From the NCBI GenBank assembly GCA_050013715.1, contig JBEKES010000001.1, positions 8,889-72,888 of the forward strand: DNA of 64,000 nucleotides, written 5' to 3'. The notes beneath the pieces were generated by a model. It made no database searches and was not told the origin of the DNA. It saw nothing but the letters and a program-made list of their open reading frames with translations. This document shows, one piece after another, positions 26,136-34,839 of the stretch (its first letter is position 1; the number at the start of each line of letters is the position of its first letter). This DNA is from Candidatus Micrarchaeaceae archaeon (GTDB lineage Archaea; Micrarchaeota; Micrarchaeia; Micrarchaeales; Micrarchaeaceae). A program made the position numbers and the translations under genes.

Positions 26136-26330
26136 TTATTTCTTCTTTTGAGTATTAGTTAAACGGAACATTTTCCTGAAAGTAAGGTATATTATGTAAA
26201 CTACCAGGATGAAAAGCACGAGTATGGTAATATCGCCAAGCACACGGGGCAGATACCCGAATGCAAAGCCCAAAGCCAATAATACAAGGAAAATCGTAGC
26301 AACTATTGATACTTTGACAGATTTTTCCAT
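26136..26330 (-). CDS. Small two-TM membrane protein (64 aa)
   Basis: VSIVATIFLVLLALGFAFGY and ITILVLFILVVYIIYLTF hydrophobic segments. Confidence 0.4.
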   Translation of the reverse strand: MEKSVKVSIVATIFLVLLALGFAFGYLPRVLGDITILVLFILVVYIIYLTFRKMFRLTNTQKKK

Positions 26331-26334
26331 TTAA

Positions 26335-26904
26335 TCACTTTTCTATTGATTTTAATACATTATCCAACTGCCTTTCAAGATAATCCACTGTTTTTGTGTT
26401 TTTAAGGGTATAGTTCGCATGACTCATTATCACTACCGGGCCGTGCTTTTCCTCGCTTTTGTCGGACATGAATCCTCTTTTCTCCCTTGTATTCAGCCAT
26501 CTGAAATCCGCAAGGTTCTTCGGATCCTCTGGTTTTCCTCTTGTAGCTAAACGATTGTATCTTGTATCAAATGAGGATTGTATTGCAATTATCACTATGC
26601 CCTTAAGGTGCTTTTTAAGATAATTTAGTTCGTAGGTGCTTCTGACGCCCATTACAACTATTTTATTCATCGATTTGTTGATTTTCTTGACAACGTATTT
26701 GGCGTATATGTCTTTTCCCTGCTCTTCCCTCAATGTTTTTGTGAATTCCCTTGTAGCCCTTGGATCATTACGCGGAATGTTGGCTTTCTTCAATAATTCG
26801 CGCCATATGTCACCTATTTCTATTACAGTGAATTCTCTTTCTTTCAGTAATTCGGCAACTGTGCTCTTTCCAGAGCCGGGAAGCCCGACTACAACTAGTA
26901 TCAT
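26335..26904 (-). CDS. P-loop nucleotide kinase (archaeal UPF0200 / dephospho-CoA-kinase-like)
   Basis: Walker A GLPGSGKST at the N-terminus. The 189-aa size and layout match small archaeal NMP-kinase-like proteins. Confidence 0.7.
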   Translation of the reverse strand: MILVVVGLPGSGKSTVAELLKEREFTVIEIGDIWRELLKKANIPRNDPRATREFTKTLREEQGKDIYAKYVVKKINKSMNKIVVMGVRSTYELNYLKKHLKGIVIIAIQSSFDTRYNRLATRGKPEDPKNLADFRWLNTREKRGFMSDKSEEKHGPVVIMSHANYTLKNTKTVDYLERQLDNVLKSIEK

Positions 26905-26939
26905 TTTTTAACCTTCAAATTTCATAAATTAAACATTAA

Positions 26940-28106
26940 TCAAATATTAAAGGTTAATTCTTTCTGCTCTGAATTATTAATGCCCATATTTCTTAATGTA
27001 ATCGTTGGTTTTTTTATTACAGCACCAAGTTGTTTTGCTTCTATCCCATATTCTCTTGCAACTTGTATTACTTTATTTGGTTGTGGAGTAGCAATGATCA
27101 TTCCTTGCCCCATATTCCATGTGCGGTAAGCTTCCCTGTCAGTAACAGCACCCTTCTCCTGAGCATAGGACATAAGATAAAATGGCCTGAATAAATCTTC
27201 TAAATGAGCGCCCATTTTAGTAGGTCTAAGCATTCTGCCTAATTTCTCTGGTATTCCGCCTCCAGTTATATGTGCGATTCCGTGTATCTCTGCTCTTGGT
27301 TCATCACCTAATGAACCAAACATTGCCACAACAGCAGCACAGTAAATTCTGGAAGGAAGTAATGCAGCTTCTGCCAGATTTTTGCCGCTGTATTTTTCTT
27401 CGTGCCAGTTTTCGCCATGTGCAGATTTCATTATTTTCCTGTATAAGGATAATCCGTTGGATCTAAATCCGTATTCCCTTAGGCCAACTAGTGCATCTCC
27501 TACTTTTATATCATAACCAGTTAACATCTTTTCCTTTTTCGCGAACCATACAACACCTGCGGACCAGTTATAATTGAATTTGCCATAACCGCTTACTCTT
27601 GCACCCAACTCTGCAATTTCCCCATTTACAATAACGACGTTAGCCTCTTTTGCTGCCCCGACATACCCTATGGCTAATTGTTTAACTAGTTCTATGTTTG
27701 AAGCATTTTCCACTCCTAGACTATTAACGTCTAAAACAGAACCTATCAGTACAGGCTCTGCGCCTCTAAGTACAGCATCATCGCAGGTCATACCAAAAAG
27801 ATCGTATCCTGCCGTGTCATGCTTCTCTGATCTTTCACCAAGCTCAACTTTTGTTCCTATACCATCAAAATTGAGACTCATGTATGTGCCTTTAGGCAAA
27901 CCACCAACGTGAATTGCTCTAAGTCCAGAAAAATCAGGAAATAATTCTATCACTTCTCCTAGTTTACCTTTTCTGTTGATCCAACTTAGTTTTGCTGCCT
28001 CATAAAGAACTTTTGAAGCCTCATTACCAAATTCGACACTGACTCCAGAACTTTTATAGTCAGTATGTACTGAAGTATTTGCACGCTTTTTACTAGACTT
28101 CATCAT
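26940..28106 (-). CDS. purM: Phosphoribosylformylglycinamidine cyclo-ligase (AIR synthetase)
   Basis: DGIGTKV, DDAVLRGAEP, HITGGG and TWNMGQGM are typical PurM motifs. Confidence 0.85.
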   Translation of the reverse strand: MMKSSKKRANTSVHTDYKSSGVSVEFGNEASKVLYEAAKLSWINRKGKLGEVIELFPDFSGLRAIHVGGLPKGTYMSLNFDGIGTKVELGERSEKHDTAGYDLFGMTCDDAVLRGAEPVLIGSVLDVNSLGVENASNIELVKQLAIGYVGAAKEANVVIVNGEIAELGARVSGYGKFNYNWSAGVVWFAKKEKMLTGYDIKVGDALVGLREYGFRSNGLSLYRKIMKSAHGENWHEEKYSGKNLAEAALLPSRIYCAAVVAMFGSLGDEPRAEIHGIAHITGGGIPEKLGRMLRPTKMGAHLEDLFRPFYLMSYAQEKGAVTDREAYRTWNMGQGMIIATPQPNKVIQVAREYGIEAKQLGAVIKKPTITLRNMGINNSEQKELTFNI

Positions 28107-28127
28107 TTAAACACTTTTTAAAGAGAA

Positions 28128-28247
28128 TCAGATAATTTTGCGCAGCATTTCCATTATTTGCCTAATTCTTTGTGTTTGGTTTGTAGAGTTATAACTTCTT
28201 AATAATGGAGTCTTGATTTCATGCATGTTGTAGTTTTGAATCTGCAT
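28128..28247 (-). CDS. Possible small ORF (39 aa) upstream of purM, not in the ORF track
   Basis: The GTGATGAGATG context and a TATA-like aaatatatat (28275-28284) lie about 33 nt upstream. Hand translation gives MQIQNYNMHEIKTPLLRSYNSTNQTQRIRQIMEMLRKII. Confidence 0.25.
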   Translation of the reverse strand: MQIQNYNMHEIKTPLLRSYNSTNQTQRIRQIMEMLRKII

Positions 28248-28409
28248 CTCATCACAATAAGCCTTTATTTTGCCAAATATATATGCCTTTTGGTGGCTTT
28301 CTCTTGAGGGTTTGGCAGTTGTGCCTTAGGGCTTTCTTTATCTCGTTACTGTTGCCTTTTTATTCCTTTACTACCTAATAATTATACTGCTTGTTAATCG
28401 TGTGATAAC

Positions 28410-29153
28410 ATGTTCGAAATAAAGATAGATGATGCAAGATATTGGAAGAATTGCGTAGACTCAATAGTCAGTCTTATAGACGAAGGTTCCTTCTCCATTA
28501 CAAAGGAAGGCATATCGCTCAAGGCGATGGATCCTTCAGGCATAAGCATGATCTCATTTTTCATGCCCAACAAGGCATTTGCCAAGTATGAAGTGGACAA
28601 ACCAGCTTCAGTCGGACTCAATCTTGAGAACTTCGGAAAGATACTTGCAAGCTCAAGAATAGAAGAGCAGGTAATAATGAAGGAAAGCGGCAACAAGTTT
28701 ATGCTCGAATTCGTAGGCAAGAACAGCAGAAGACGTTATAAATTGCCAATGATAGAAGTAAAGAAAGATGCTGATAAAGAGCCTAAGATTGAATTCGATT
28801 CAGTTGTAGAGGTAAAGTCAGATTCGCTTAAGGAAATATTAAAAGATGCAAACCTTCTTTCAACGCACATAGGATTCAAAACAGAAAAGGACTCATTCAT
28901 GGTGCTTGCAAAGGGAGATGCAGGAGAATTAGAGGAAGAGCACATGAACAATGCTGAAGTAATCAAGAAGATAAACAGCTCAAAGGCATCAATGGCTACA
29001 TTCAATCTGGATTATCTTGAAAGAATGATAAGTGCATGCCCATCCAATTCAACAATGACGCTTTCCATAAAGACAGAGGATCCTATAAAAATCGAATACA
29101 ATATAGGAGATGCAAGCGTTTCATACTTGTTGGCGCCGTATATGGAGTCATAA
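28410..29153 (+). CDS. pcn: DNA polymerase sliding clamp PCNA
   Basis: MFEIKIDDARYWKNCVDSIVSLIDEGSFSITKEGISLKAMDPSGISMISF. The 247-aa length is typical, and GTGAT (28402-28406) lies 3 nt before the ATG. Confidence 0.92.
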   Translation: MFEIKIDDARYWKNCVDSIVSLIDEGSFSITKEGISLKAMDPSGISMISFFMPNKAFAKYEVDKPASVGLNLENFGKILASSRIEEQVIMKESGNKFMLEFVGKNSRRRYKLPMIEVKKDADKEPKIEFDSVVEVKSDSLKEILKDANLLSTHIGFKTEKDSFMVLAKGDAGELEEEHMNNAEVIKKINSSKASMATFNLDYLERMISACPSNSTMTLSIKTEDPIKIEYNIGDASVSYLLAPYMES

Positions 29154-29162
29154 AGTGATTTA

Positions 29163-29687
29163 GTGAAGTTCCTTATCTTCATACCTCCTAAGGATTTCAG
29201 GGATGAGTCGCTTTCATTGGTGAAACTATTCTTCGACAAGTGGGGCATACGCTACGACATTACCAGCTATACGTCCAATGAATGTATAGGAACCCATGGA
29301 GCTGCAGTAAGGCCGGATATCCATACCTCAAAAGTGAACAGCAATTACTATGATGGCATAGTGCTAATTGACGGAAAGGGCATTGAGGATTACAAGCTAT
29401 TTGATTACAGGCCATTGCTTGACATAATGTACATATTCAACGAAAGCCACAAGCAGATAATAAGCATAAGCAATTCGATAAAAATTCCTGCAAGGGCCAA
29501 CATAGTGAGGGGCAAGAAAATCTCAACTGACATGAGCGACCCTGAATCAAGACGATTGATCCTTCTTTTCCATGGTGAATTGTCGGACAACGCCTATGAG
29601 ATGGCAGGCAATCTGATAAGCATTAGAAACGGAACTGACATAGAAGAGACAATGCCTCAGATACTGGAGCATATTGGAGCAACATAG
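29163..29687 (+). CDS. DJ-1/PfpI-fold protein lacking the nucleophile Cys
   Basis: Layout KFLIFIPPKDFRDESL...YDGIVLIDGKG...KQIISISNSIKIPARANIVRGKKIS. ISISNS stands where the family has AAIC-H/G. GTG start 10 nt after PCNA. Confidence 0.5.
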   Translation: MKFLIFIPPKDFRDESLSLVKLFFDKWGIRYDITSYTSNECIGTHGAAVRPDIHTSKVNSNYYDGIVLIDGKGIEDYKLFDYRPLLDIMYIFNESHKQIISISNSIKIPARANIVRGKKISTDMSDPESRRLILLFHGELSDNAYEMAGNLISIRNGTDIEETMPQILEHIGAT

Positions 29688-29689
29688 CT

Positions 29690-29989
29690 ATGGCAATAAA
29701 GAAGAACGCAACGGTAAAGAGGATAGCAAACGAGCGAATTATAATACTCTACAATCTTGCAAAAGAGGAAACTGATCCTAAGCTTTCGAAAAGATATGTA
29801 AAAATCCTAAAGCAGATAGGCCGTCACTACAAGATAAAACTACCAAAGCAGATAAAGAGGGCATTATGCAAGAAATGCAATTCGGTGCTAATACCTGGAA
29901 AGAGCATGACAGTACGATTGGCAAGCAGTAAAAGATACCTAGTCTACAAATGCACAGAATGCGGAACCGAAAGGCACATACACTACTAA
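29690..29989 (+). CDS. rnp4: RNase P protein component 4 (Rpp21/Rpr2)
   Basis: ANERIIILYNLAKE...RYVKILKQIGRHYKIKLPKQIKRALCKKCNSVLIPGKSMTVRL...YKCTECG zinc ribbon. Confidence 0.8.
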   Translation: MAIKKNATVKRIANERIIILYNLAKEETDPKLSKRYVKILKQIGRHYKIKLPKQIKRALCKKCNSVLIPGKSMTVRLASSKRYLVYKCTECGTERHIHY

Positions 29990-30381
29990 TTACTCAGCAG
30001 TTTTTTGAATTCAATCTCTTCTTTTTCAGTTAATTCCTGATGTTTTACGAATCCTTCCTTTGCATTGACGTATTTTGGTATTACATGAATATGGAAATGA
30101 AATATTATCTGCCCTGCCTCTTTTCCTGTATTTGTCGATATTACAATGCCATCTGAGCCTAGTTTCTCTTTTAGCTTTATGCCTAGTCTTTTTGCAACAA
30201 GAAACATGTGAGAAACAGTATCATCTGGGGTTACAAGAATATTCTCATGGTGCTTTTTTGAGATTACGAGCAAATGCCCGTGCCCTGAGGGATACTTGTC
30301 CATCTTCGCATAGCAAATATCATCATTGTATATGTTGTGCTTGTCTTCAATTAATTTGCAGAATATGCAGTCGTTTTCCAT
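29986..30381 (-). CDS. HIT-family (histidine triad) nucleotide hydrolase
   Basis: CIFCKLI N-terminus and the histidine triad HFHIHVIP. Confidence 0.85.
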   Translation of the reverse strand: MENDCIFCKLIEDKHNIYNDDICYAKMDKYPSGHGHLLVISKKHHENILVTPDDTVSHMFLVAKRLGIKLKEKLGSDGIVISTNTGKEAGQIIFHFHIHVIPKYVNAKEGFVKHQELTEKEEIEFKKLLSN

Positions 30382-30437
30382 GCAATCAAAACATATAAGT
30401 ATCTAATAATATTTAAACATTAATATAGAGTGATAAT

Positions 30438-30914
30438 ATGATGAAAGAACAATTAAGAGATAGTAGAGTTAATTCTTCAATACATGCAGAAAAATTATTT
30501 CCTGCTATTGAAATAGAATATGCTCGCCTTAGGAGAGGCATGCAAAGGAACCTGAATTTACCTTCAAGATACGTAAAAAAAGTTGATTGTTTATTTTATC
30601 GTGATGCTTTCCTAACAGCAGATAATGCAATGTTTTGTGAAGACCAGAATAGGTTTTTAGATGCAGGAATAGAATTCGAAAAGCTCGCAAAATTGCTTAG
30701 AATATTAAACCATTCTACTGAATTAATAATTAAAGCCCATCAGCGTGCTGCAGAAAATTACAGCAAAGCTGCAGATGCGATGCTTGAAAGATATGGAGCT
30801 GCTGAACCGTCCAGAGCAAGACTTGATGCAGTAATGAATATACTTGAGCTAGAGCTCCGCAACAGAATAGCTGCCTTTTACAGTAGTTGGAACAGCACTG
30901 CAGAGCTAGAATAG
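30438..30914 (+). CDS. Hypothetical helical protein (158 aa)
   Basis: GTGATAATATG start context. No motif recognised. Confidence 0.5.
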   Translation: MMKEQLRDSRVNSSIHAEKLFPAIEIEYARLRRGMQRNLNLPSRYVKKVDCLFYRDAFLTADNAMFCEDQNRFLDAGIEFEKLAKLLRILNHSTELIIKAHQRAAENYSKAADAMLERYGAAEPSRARLDAVMNILELELRNRIAAFYSSWNSTAELE

Positions 30915-30947
30915 ATGGGCCTGGAGATTTCCGAACTTTAGTTAAAA

Positions 30948-31172
30948 TTATTCCCTGAGAAACTCTTCTTGGAGAATTCTTATAAAATCCCTTACTTCAG
31001 TCGCAGTTAAATTAGGTGTAATGGCTGAGTTATATTTTGGAACTACTTCAATCGACATTGTATTTTTAGTTTCTGTAGCGGGACGCCTAAGTTCTATTCT
31101 AGCATCATTATATTCCAAGATTCTATGCGCCGTTGGCGATTCTTTAAATTCTTTCAATTCAGTTCTAGTCAT
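30948..31172 (-). CDS. Hypothetical protein (74 aa from Met at 31172; listed ORF extends to 31247)
   Basis: The ATG at 31172 is preceded by GTGGTATT. No motif recognised. Confidence 0.35.
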   Translation of the reverse strand: MTRTELKEFKESPTAHRILEYNDARIELRRPATETKNTMSIEVVPKYNSAITPNLTATEVRDFIRILQEEFLRE

Positions 31173-31277
31173 AATACCACAAATTAACTCTGTTTTAAGA
31201 GATATATATACCTTCTTGGTAGGAAGTTCAAAAATACAGGGGCTCAAAGGCTTAGCTGGATCGCAACACGTTACTTA

Positions 31278-31390
31278 TGGGCCTGGAGAGATTTGAACTC
31301 TCGACATCTGGCTTTCTTCTTGATAAAACTTCTTTTAAAGAAGTTCTCAATTATAAGACCAGCGCTCTGACCAGGCTGAGCTACAAGCCC
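31278..31390 (-). tRNA. tRNA-Ile, anticodon UAU, with a 38-nt intron at the canonical 37/38 position
   Basis: Hand fold: GGGCTTG TA GCTC AGCCTGGTCA GAGC G CTGGT CTTATA[38 nt]A GCCAG ATGTC GAGAG TTCAAAT CTCTC CAGGCCC A. The mature tRNA is 75 nt with no long variable arm, and a BHB-like fold is present. No CCA is encoded. Confidence 0.8.
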
Positions 31391-31435
31391 ATTAAAGTAA
31401 AGAATTGTTGACGGATTAAGTATTTAACCTTATAG

Positions 31436-34400
31436 TTACGGCATTGTGTCGTTGTTGTGTATCCAGGGCTCTTTTGCAGGAACTGTCACATTGCCGCTTG
31501 AGTAGTTGTTCACTTCATATATTCTTACTGGATATGTGCCGTTGACGTAATTGATTGATCCTACGGTTGAATTTACAGGATACACTTCAGTGAATCCAGG
31601 AAGATTACCCAATATGAATCCTTTGTAGTAATTGGATTCGTAGAACTGCGATGGCGCATTTGTTATGGAGCCGTTTGCAGCATTGGGAGTGTAGAGCATA
31701 AGGAACTCAACATATAGGTTTCCTTGGATGTTTTGCACTCCCTGATAGTCAGTTGACTGTATGTATGCATTTATCTTGGTCCCATTCTGATTGTAGATCT
31801 TTAATACTCCATTGGATGTTGGAGTCGCATCAACACAATCAGTTGCGTTTTCCACATTGTTGCCAAGTATTAGATATGCCTTGATGTATATGTTGCTGCC
31901 GTTTGATATTTGACAATAGTTGTTGATGCTCTGTGAGCTTGAATTGGTTTGTATCAATGCAGATAATGGAAGCAGGGCGAATTGAGGGTCATGCGCAACT
32001 TCACAGGCTGATGTTCCCAGCAAGTAGGGCACTGCCGGACTTTGCGTCTGACCTTGCGCTACTGCATATTGCATTGAAGTGCCATTGACGTTTACGCACC
32101 CTAGGAAGTCCAACGCACCCCATTTGGATATAAGGTCTTGATCGAATAGCACATACTTGGTTTGATTGCCTTTCATGTAGCTTGCAAGTGTTTGAGGAGT
32201 TGCAACGCTTACTGCACCAGATGCAGTTGTTATGGGCTTTGGACCGAGCACATATTGTGCTGCAACTGCATAGTCTTCGCTCGCTACCGAATTATCGCCT
32301 CTTAATACGGCATTGCTGTTGCCGAACCAGTTGATCCAGTCGCCATAGTCCCACCAGGCAAGTATTCTTGGCGCATTGGGACCCACGTTATTGCGTATCC
32401 ATGTCATTGAGTTGAGCCAATAAGCAGGTATTGTATTACAATAGAGATTGTACCCAAGGCTGTTTCCTGCATTGGAAAGCGTTGTGCATGCAGTAGCTGG
32501 GTTTAGCGAATAGGTTATTTGGGCAGAGAATGAATCGATGAATGCGCTGCTTTCGCCATAGAAGAACATGTGCGATGAAAATGAATACAGTGCAAGCAAT
32601 ATGCAAAGTACGATCAGTGTTTGGTTTACCTTGTCCTTGCTTTGCTTTATTCCATATCTGTAAATCAGAATGAATGCAAGTGCGGCAATCGCGAACACGA
32701 AGCCGAATATGAAGAATAATCCTATGATTATTACAGATTGCGCAGCAAGCGGATGATCATGATAAACATTCTTGCTGAAATGCAGTGCCTTGCCGGCATC
32801 ATTTGTCGTTCTTTTCACTAGCTTGAAATTATCTTCGGCTAGGTAGAGAACTTCTCCCAATATTATGCAGAATAATAGTATGTAAGCTGCTCCGAAATGA
32901 GGAAGATATTTCACTTCAAGGAAACCTGCTACCATCAGCGGAATTGCCGCAGCGATGTACAATACACCGGTCTTGCTCCTTCTGAATATTATGCTTATGA
33001 CTATGAAGGCCAGTCCGAGCGCACATACGGTCCATACAAGATACGGAATGTTGAATATTCCTGCACCAACTGCGCCGAATCCCTGTGCCCCGAAGTTGTA
33101 TATCAAGCCAGTGGGTATGTATTCCTGCACTGTCATGAACAATGGTTTCGATGCTGTTGTAAATCGTGCGCTAAGGTTTATGTAGCTCTTGATGGGTTTT
33201 CCCAATGGAGTAAATAGAACTGCAACTATTGCAAGAACTATTACAAGTATCATGAATACAAGATTTGTCTTGCGGTTTACTTCCTTTATCACTATCTTGC
33301 TTTTTGCCAATAATTTAGGCACGTAGTCCAGTATTGCTATAAGCATAAGCGCAAGCAACGGCCCTGATATTACGATTGGAATTCCCAGTATGCTTGACAG
33401 ATTGCTCTGCAGCGTTGCCTGGTAAGGTGCATACAGCGCATAGAATATTATTATTGTTGCAAGTATTATGATGTTCATCTTGTAGAAATCCACAAGTGAT
33501 TCATTTCTAAGAATGTCTATTATCCCTTCAGCGACTATGTAGATGACCAGAACTCCTGCTGTTACTGTGTAGTAGTGAGCGCTCAGGAAGTTGGATGCGA
33601 ATGCAATTCCAGCAAGAACTGCAAGTCTCTTGTCCTTCATGTTTCTTATGGCAAGCATGTAAGTTGCTATGAAGAAGAATATTGCGAATATTCCAAACGG
33701 TTCCACAAGCTGCTCTCCGGAAATAAACGTTGTGAACAATACAGGCATCATTGCGGTAAGCGCTGCACCGATAAGCCCTATTTTTTCATCATACTCATGG
33801 TAAAGCAGCATGAATATTACGAACACAAGAAGCGCTGCAGTTATTGGGGGGTATATGCTTCCAACATAGGACATTAGAGAAGAGCTGAATACAATGTGAT
33901 GAGTGCTTAGCGAATTGACAAGCTGATACCAATAGGCCTCAAGATATGGGACCAGTGGCTGCAATCTATGGTTTGTGCCTCCAGGAACAACAGGCCATGC
34001 TGCAGGGTCGAGCAGCAACTGTTTTCCATAGGTCAATATGTAATGAGCGTCAATCATGTCGAAATAGGGATCGAACTCGAAGAATTTTGGTGCAGTTACA
34101 ATGCTCTGCAGTCTTGTGTAGAAGGTGAGCATCATAAGTATAATCAGTATTGCCCAGACCCACCACGCAGCTTTGAACTTGTGCGTTGAGATTGGAGCCG
34201 CTGCGGCATCAAGCTGTTCTAGGAGTATTCTCTCCTCTTTTAATTGGTTTTCGCGCAGATGCTCCCTTGCTTCGCTGTGAAGATTCTCTATTTTTGAACG
34301 TTCTTCATCAGTTAGTTTTGAGATTGAGCTGCGCTCGCTCTCCTGCTTTGATTTTAATAAATGTTCTTCCTCATTGTGCTTTTTCACTACCTCTCTGCCG

Positions 34401-34795
34401 GAACCATACCTGTTGAGCCTTGACCTAACGGCATCAAGTGAAAGATTGGTTGTGTCTTCTTTCTGCTTGCTGCTTGAGCTTGAAAACATGGAGCTTAGAT
34501 TCAAATCGTTGAATACCCCTTCCCTCCAGCACAGTATTGCTCCTATTATGGTAAGTGCAAGTGCGTTGACTTCGAAAAGCCAGAGAGAGAAGCTGAACGC
34601 ATGAACATATTTCATTAGATAGGATTCAAGCCATGTCATGGTTGCCGGTGCAATGAGACCGAATATGAAACCGATTACAATTGTCTCAAAGTGATTGAGT
34701 TCGGTTTTGTCAAGCAGTGCGTAGGCGAGCAGAACCCCTGGTATGAACATTGAAAAGAATGCAATTATAATTGCAGCTATTAACCCCAATACCAT
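31436..34795 (-). CDS. aglB: Archaeal oligosaccharyltransferase AglB (STT3 family), 1119 aa
   Basis: There are many TM helices, followed by the WWDYGDW catalytic motif (ILAWWDYGDWINWFG) and a large C-terminal domain rich in N-x-S/T. A coiled-coil insert follows the first TM block. Confidence 0.9.
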   Translation of the reverse strand: MVLGLIAAIIIAFFSMFIPGVLLAYALLDKTELNHFETIVIGFIFGLIAPATMTWLESYLMKYVHAFSFSLWLFEVNALALTIIGAILCWREGVFNDLNLSSMFSSSSSKQKEDTTNLSLDAVRSRLNRYGSGREVVKKHNEEEHLLKSKQESERSSISKLTDEERSKIENLHSEAREHLRENQLKEERILLEQLDAAAAPISTHKFKAAWWVWAILIILMMLTFYTRLQSIVTAPKFFEFDPYFDMIDAHYILTYGKQLLLDPAAWPVVPGGTNHRLQPLVPYLEAYWYQLVNSLSTHHIVFSSSLMSYVGSIYPPITAALLVFVIFMLLYHEYDEKIGLIGAALTAMMPVLFTTFISGEQLVEPFGIFAIFFFIATYMLAIRNMKDKRLAVLAGIAFASNFLSAHYYTVTAGVLVIYIVAEGIIDILRNESLVDFYKMNIIILATIIIFYALYAPYQATLQSNLSSILGIPIVISGPLLALMLIAILDYVPKLLAKSKIVIKEVNRKTNLVFMILVIVLAIVAVLFTPLGKPIKSYINLSARFTTASKPLFMTVQEYIPTGLIYNFGAQGFGAVGAGIFNIPYLVWTVCALGLAFIVISIIFRRSKTGVLYIAAAIPLMVAGFLEVKYLPHFGAAYILLFCIILGEVLYLAEDNFKLVKRTTNDAGKALHFSKNVYHDHPLAAQSVIIIGLFFIFGFVFAIAALAFILIYRYGIKQSKDKVNQTLIVLCILLALYSFSSHMFFYGESSAFIDSFSAQITYSLNPATACTTLSNAGNSLGYNLYCNTIPAYWLNSMTWIRNNVGPNAPRILAWWDYGDWINWFGNSNAVLRGDNSVASEDYAVAAQYVLGPKPITTASGAVSVATPQTLASYMKGNQTKYVLFDQDLISKWGALDFLGCVNVNGTSMQYAVAQGQTQSPAVPYLLGTSACEVAHDPQFALLPLSALIQTNSSSQSINNYCQISNGSNIYIKAYLILGNNVENATDCVDATPTSNGVLKIYNQNGTKINAYIQSTDYQGVQNIQGNLYVEFLMLYTPNAANGSITNAPSQFYESNYYKGFILGNLPGFTEVYPVNSTVGSINYVNGTYPVRIYEVNNYSSGNVTVPAKEPWIHNNDTMP

Positions 34796-34839
34796 AACAA
34801 TTCAACTATTATACCTGAATATTTGGATAGCAATGCTTA

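Noticed and set aside
18821-26330. An integrated provirus or plasmid as the origin of the ORFan island.
   Set aside because: No integrase, recombinase, capsid or terminase-like motif, flanking tRNA or direct repeat could be found by eye. The hypothesis is left open but is not supported.
30438-30914. A HEPN-like assignment for the 158-aa helical protein, based on LELRNRIAAFY.
   Set aside because: The R-x4-6-H motif is not completed because no His follows, and no partner nucleotidyltransferase gene is adjacent.
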